This document shows, piece after piece, positions 62,700-64,000 of a stretch of DNA of 64,000 nt. Position numbers and translations under genes: made by a program. The notes beneath the pieces are model-generated. The model was not told where the DNA came from. It searched no databases and saw only the letters and a program-made list of their open reading frames with translations. The DNA is from Synechococcus sp. (GTDB lineage Bacteria; Cyanobacteriota; Cyanobacteriia; PCC-6307; Cyanobiaceae), in the NCBI GenBank assembly GCA_047284725.1, contig JBJBEO010000001.1, positions 1,432,203 to 1,496,202 of the forward strand. The letters run 5' to 3'. Every line of letters begins with the position of its first letter. Position 1 is the stretch's first letter.

Positions 62700-64000
62700 G
62701 CATCACGCTTCTGACGTCCCTGCTCGGACTGGGTCTTTATCTGGCTGGATTGCTCTGGCTAGGCACCAAGACGCACAACAGTCACTCTGCCAGCGCAGAT
62801 CAGTATTTTCTGGCAGACCGACGCTTGAAGGCCGGTGTCCTTTTTTTCACACTGATTGCCACGAATTTCAGTGCCTTCTTTTTTCTCGGTTTCGCAGGTG
62901 CAGGGTACCGAATCGGTCTTGCCTACTACCCGATGATGGCCCTGGGAACGGGCCTCGCGGGCCTCTGCTTCGGAAGCATCGGCTGCCGGGTCCGACGGAT
63001 CGGCAAAGCCCATGGACTGATCACACCCTCAGAACTGATCGGGCATTGCATCCCTGGGGAAGGCACAAGGCTTCTGGTCTTTCTGGTGATGCTGATCTTC
63101 ACCCTGCCCTATCTCGCCCTACAGCCCATTGGCGCCGGCTATCTGCTTGCAAGCATGTCGAATGGCGCTGTGCCTTACGGAGTCGGAGCGTTCCTGCTCA
63201 CGATTGTGATTGTGATGTACGTGGTTGGAGGAGGGATGCAGGCCGTCGCCTCCACGGATGTGCTTCAGGGGATTCTGATGTTTGTATTGATGCTCGTTGC
63301 TTTCTCCGCAATTGCCCATGGCATCGGAGGAGTCGAACAAGCCAACCGATTGTTGAACACCGAGTTGCCAGCACTGTTCACAGGGGCAGGCCAAGGCAAT
63401 TTCTTCACATGGAAAGTATTTGCCAGCTATTTGTTGCTCTGGCCCCTTTGCCTGCCGATGTTTCCGCAACTGATGATGCGTTTCTTCGCCGCAGGAAACG
63501 ACCAGTCCCTGAAGCAGTCGATGGTGCTCTATCCCATTGTCGCTGGGGTGTTGTTCATCTGCCCTGTCTTAATCGGAGTATGGGGGCATCTGGCATTCCC
63601 TGGCCTGACCGGACGTGCTGCAGATCAGATCATGCCGCTGATGTTGGCTGAGTACAGCCCGGAGTGGCTCACTGGTCTGGTGATGGTGGGTGCACTTGCA
63701 GCATTCATGTCAACGCTTGATTCACAGTTGCTCGCGCTCTCGTCGATGATCACGCGTGATCTCTATTGCAGGTATTGGCGGCCAAAGGCTTCGTTGAAGG
63801 AACAGGTTCATGTGGGGCGAATCGCAGTCTGCGCATTGGCTATCGGAGGTCTTGCCATTGCACTGCAACCACCGGAAGCGATTCTCTCACTGGCCACCCA
63901 TGCCTTCTCAGGCCTAGCCGTCCTGTTTCCCATGGTCGTGGGAGCGATCTACGGCCTGCGATGGTCGGTCAATGGAGCAATCCTGTCTGTCCTGGGTGGA
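62696..64000 (+). CDS. Sodium:solute symporter (runs off window end)
   Basis: Manual translation MSITLL...QYFLADRRL...ATNFSAFFFLGFAGAGY, GGMQAVASTDVLQG and AAFMSTLDSQLL. Confidence 0.9.
   Translation, partial: MSITLLTSLLGLGLYLAGLLWLGTKTHNSHSASADQYFLADRRLKAGVLFFTLIATNFSAFFFLGFAGAGYRIGLAYYPMMALGTGLAGLCFGSIGCRVRRIGKAHGLITPSELIGHCIPGEGTRLLVFLVMLIFTLPYLALQPIGAGYLLASMSNGAVPYGVGAFLLTIVIVMYVVGGGMQAVASTDVLQGILMFVLMLVAFSAIAHGIGGVEQANRLLNTELPALFTGAGQGNFFTWKVFASYLLLWPLCLPMFPQLMMRFFAAGNDQSLKQSMVLYPIVAGVLFICPVLIGVWGHLAFPGLTGRAADQIMPLMLAEYSPEWLTGLVMVGALAAFMSTLDSQLLALSSMITRDLYCRYWRPKASLKEQVHVGRIAVCALAIGGLAIALQPPEAILSLATHAFSGLAVLFPMVVGAIYGLRWSVNGAILSVLGG

Noticed and set aside
1..64000. CRISPR array, tRNA/rRNA, integrase or transposase
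   Set aside because: None recognised by eye; a tRNAscan/Infernal/HMM scan would be needed to exclude small or degenerate cases.

Overview
Window from a marine picocyanobacterium, most likely Synechococcus/Parasynechococcus (inferred from gene content and synteny). Bases 1-22.3 kb are core genome: murI, amidase, nit, comB, ubiD, aroA, mnmC-like, glmU, the glucosylglycerate cluster gpgS/GH13/gpgP, murF, glgA, L,D-transpeptidase, menB, menD, lepB, DUF760 and DUF4336. From about 22.26 kb to the end is a mosaic genomic island. Its left part appears to have been built by repeated insertion at one position in the 5' end of the DUF4336 gene: displaced 5' ends at 31176 and 35168 break at the same codon. 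The first 8.9-kb module is the most interesting. It encodes a double-glycine-leader peptide plus a decayed paralog, a C39-peptidase ABC exporter, an unrecognised HDxxH putative metalloprotein, two 2OG-Fe(II) hydroxylases and two exostosin/GT47 glycosyltransferases. This is a candidate undescribed hydroxylated and glycosylated RiPP pathway. Later modules carry a low-GC binding-protein/diguanylate-cyclase pair, a CzcA-type RND pump, a PfkB kinase plus PRTase-like pair, arsR/gap/arsJ arsenate detoxification with a visible operator, a thioredoxin-CcdA-ECF sigma-anti-sigma operon, a keto-acid decarboxylase, an atypical P450, a GS-like ligase, a Na+/solute symporter and several pseudogenes. I saw no tRNA, rRNA, CRISPR array or integrase. 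All family calls come from motif recognition by eye, not database searches.
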